Shown here: one piece after another, positions 62,927 to 64,000 of the stretch
How the letters are laid out: every line of letters starts with the position of its first letter
How positions within the stretch are numbered: the first letter of the stretch is position 1
NCBI GenBank assembly: GCA_965213705.1
Contig: OZ243913.1
Span: 928,001-992,000, forward strand
Source: Trueperaceae bacterium
Lineage (GTDB): Bacteria > Deinococcota > Deinococci > Deinococcales > Trueperaceae
Reading direction: 5' to 3'
DNA: 64,000 bases
The notes under the pieces: model-generated
What the model was told of the DNA's origin: nothing
The model's database searches: none
What the model saw: only the letters and a program-made list of their open reading frames with translations
Translations under genes and position numbers: made by a program

Positions 62927-62950
62927 AACAAGGGGTTGTAACCCCTTGTT
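62927..62950. promoter_or_regulatory. Hairpin between substrate-binding and permease genes
   Basis: AACAAGGGGTT-GT-AACCCCTTGTT. Confidence 0.6.
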
Positions 62951-62991
62951 TCACTCAGTACTTTCGACTCGGTCCTCGGTACTTTTTTGCC

Positions 62992-64000
62992 TCACTGCGC
63001 CCGGTAGACCTCGGTCATGTCGACGGCGGGCGTGGGCTGGTCGGTCCAGAAGCCGTACACGTCGCTCCGCGCCGCGATCAGGTAGGGCGGGCTGAACACC
63101 CACACGTTGACCGCGTCGTCGGCGATTGTTTTGGCAATTTCCCGGTACAGCTCAGTCTGCTGCGCTTCGTCGGGTGTCGCCTCGATTTCGCCTAAAAGCG
63201 TGCCTATTTCCGGGTTGTCGTAGTGGTAGTAGTAATCCGGGTTGCCGTACACGTTGATGTCGCGCGGCTCGGAGTGGCCGATGATGGTCATGTCGTAGTC
63301 GCCGCCCAGGAAAATCCGCTGCACCCACGTTCCCCACTCGACCACGCTGAGGTCGGTTTCGATGCCTATTTGCGCGAGCTGTTGCGCGATGACCTCGCCG
63401 GTCCGCCGCTCGATGTTGTAGGGCTCGGGCAGTTCGAACTTGATTTCGAAACCGTCCGGGTAACCCGCTTCGGCTAAAAGTTCTTTCGCCTTTTCGGGGT
63501 CATAGGGATAAGGATTGAGGTCGACGTAGTAACCTTCCACCGGGCTCATGTGCGTGCCGATAACCGTGCCGAGCCCGAAAAAAGCCCCGTCGACGATTTG
63601 CTGCTTGTCGATGGCGTAGGTGATGGCCTGCCGCACCAGCGGGTTATCCAGCGGCGGCCGCGTGTTGTTGAGCGCTAAAGTGATTTCGGTCGTCGCGCTG
63701 CCCTCGGTGCCCTTGAGACTGGGGTTGCCCTCAAGCTGCATAAACTGTTCGGGCGGCAACGCCACGCCTATCAGGTCGATGTCGCCGGACTGCAACGCGG
63801 CAAAGCGGGTGTTGGGGTCGGGGATGATTTCAAACGTCACAGCGTCCAGGTAAGGGACACCCTCGAGATAATAATCCGCAAACTTCTCCAGCCGCACCTC
63901 GCTCCCCTCGACGTAGTCCACGAACCGAAACGGCCCGGTGCCGACGGGCTGGCTGCGCTGCGTCTCTGCCTGGGCGGCGGGGTAGATGATGGAGTCGGGG
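62992..64000 (-). CDS. Peptide ABC transporter substrate-binding protein (family 5; 5' end outside window)
   Basis: PVGTGPF, VRQAI.YAID, YDPEKAKELLAEAG. Confidence 0.9.
   Translation of the reverse strand, partial: PDSIIYPAAQAETQRSQPVGTGPFRFVDYVEGSEVRLEKFADYYLEGVPYLDAVTFEIIPDPNTRFAALQSGDIDLIGVALPPEQFMQLEGNPSLKGTEGSATTEITLALNNTRPPLDNPLVRQAITYAIDKQQIVDGAFFGLGTVIGTHMSPVEGYYVDLNPYPYDPEKAKELLAEAGYPDGFEIKFELPEPYNIERRTGEVIAQQLAQIGIETDLSVVEWGTWVQRIFLGGDYDMTIIGHSEPRDINVYGNPDYYYHYDNPEIGTLLGEIEATPDEAQQTELYREIAKTIADDAVNVWVFSPPYLIAARSDVYGFWTDQPTPAVDMTEVYRAQ

Noticed and set aside
60466..62986. Possible CRISPR array or IS ends from the ACCGAG repeats
   Set aside because: No regular repeat-spacer periodicity, and no cas or transposase genes

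Overview
GC-rich bacterial chromosomal window, most likely Deinococcota (Trueperaceae-like). This is an inference from a Thermus-type pilMNOWQ-aroCKBQ cluster, a Deinococcus-type HerA, and many genes with a TAnnnT box 6-8 nt before the start codon. Content is mostly housekeeping: 2-oxoacid:ferredoxin oxidoreductase, mreB, an frcBCA-like sugar ABC transporter, lepA, scpB, the shikimate pathway, type IV pilus/competence genes, ftsH, dnaB, prmA-rsmE, mnmA, capD-wzc, fumC and a peptide ABC transporter. No rRNA, tRNA, CRISPR array or transposase was recognised. Most notable: (1) a PlsY-like membrane domain fused to an acyl-ACP-reductase-like domain, a candidate lipid-biosynthesis enzyme, possibly for the alkylamine/diol lipids of this phylum; (2) a 345-aa LAGLIDADG intein in the DnaB P-loop; (3) a PAS-GGDEF-EAL gene with an in-frame TGA at the conserved EALxRW tryptophan; (4) a Uma2-HerA-ADP-ribosyltransferase-like trio without nurA; (5) several single AT-rich inserted genes (glycosylase-like, Imm11-like, GNAT) and an AT-rich domain inside pilQ; (6) strong CTCGAG enrichment with GATC depletion; (7) a dispersed ACCGAG-based intergenic repeat and frequent 15-bp tandem duplications. 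All family assignments are motif recognition by eye, not database searches.
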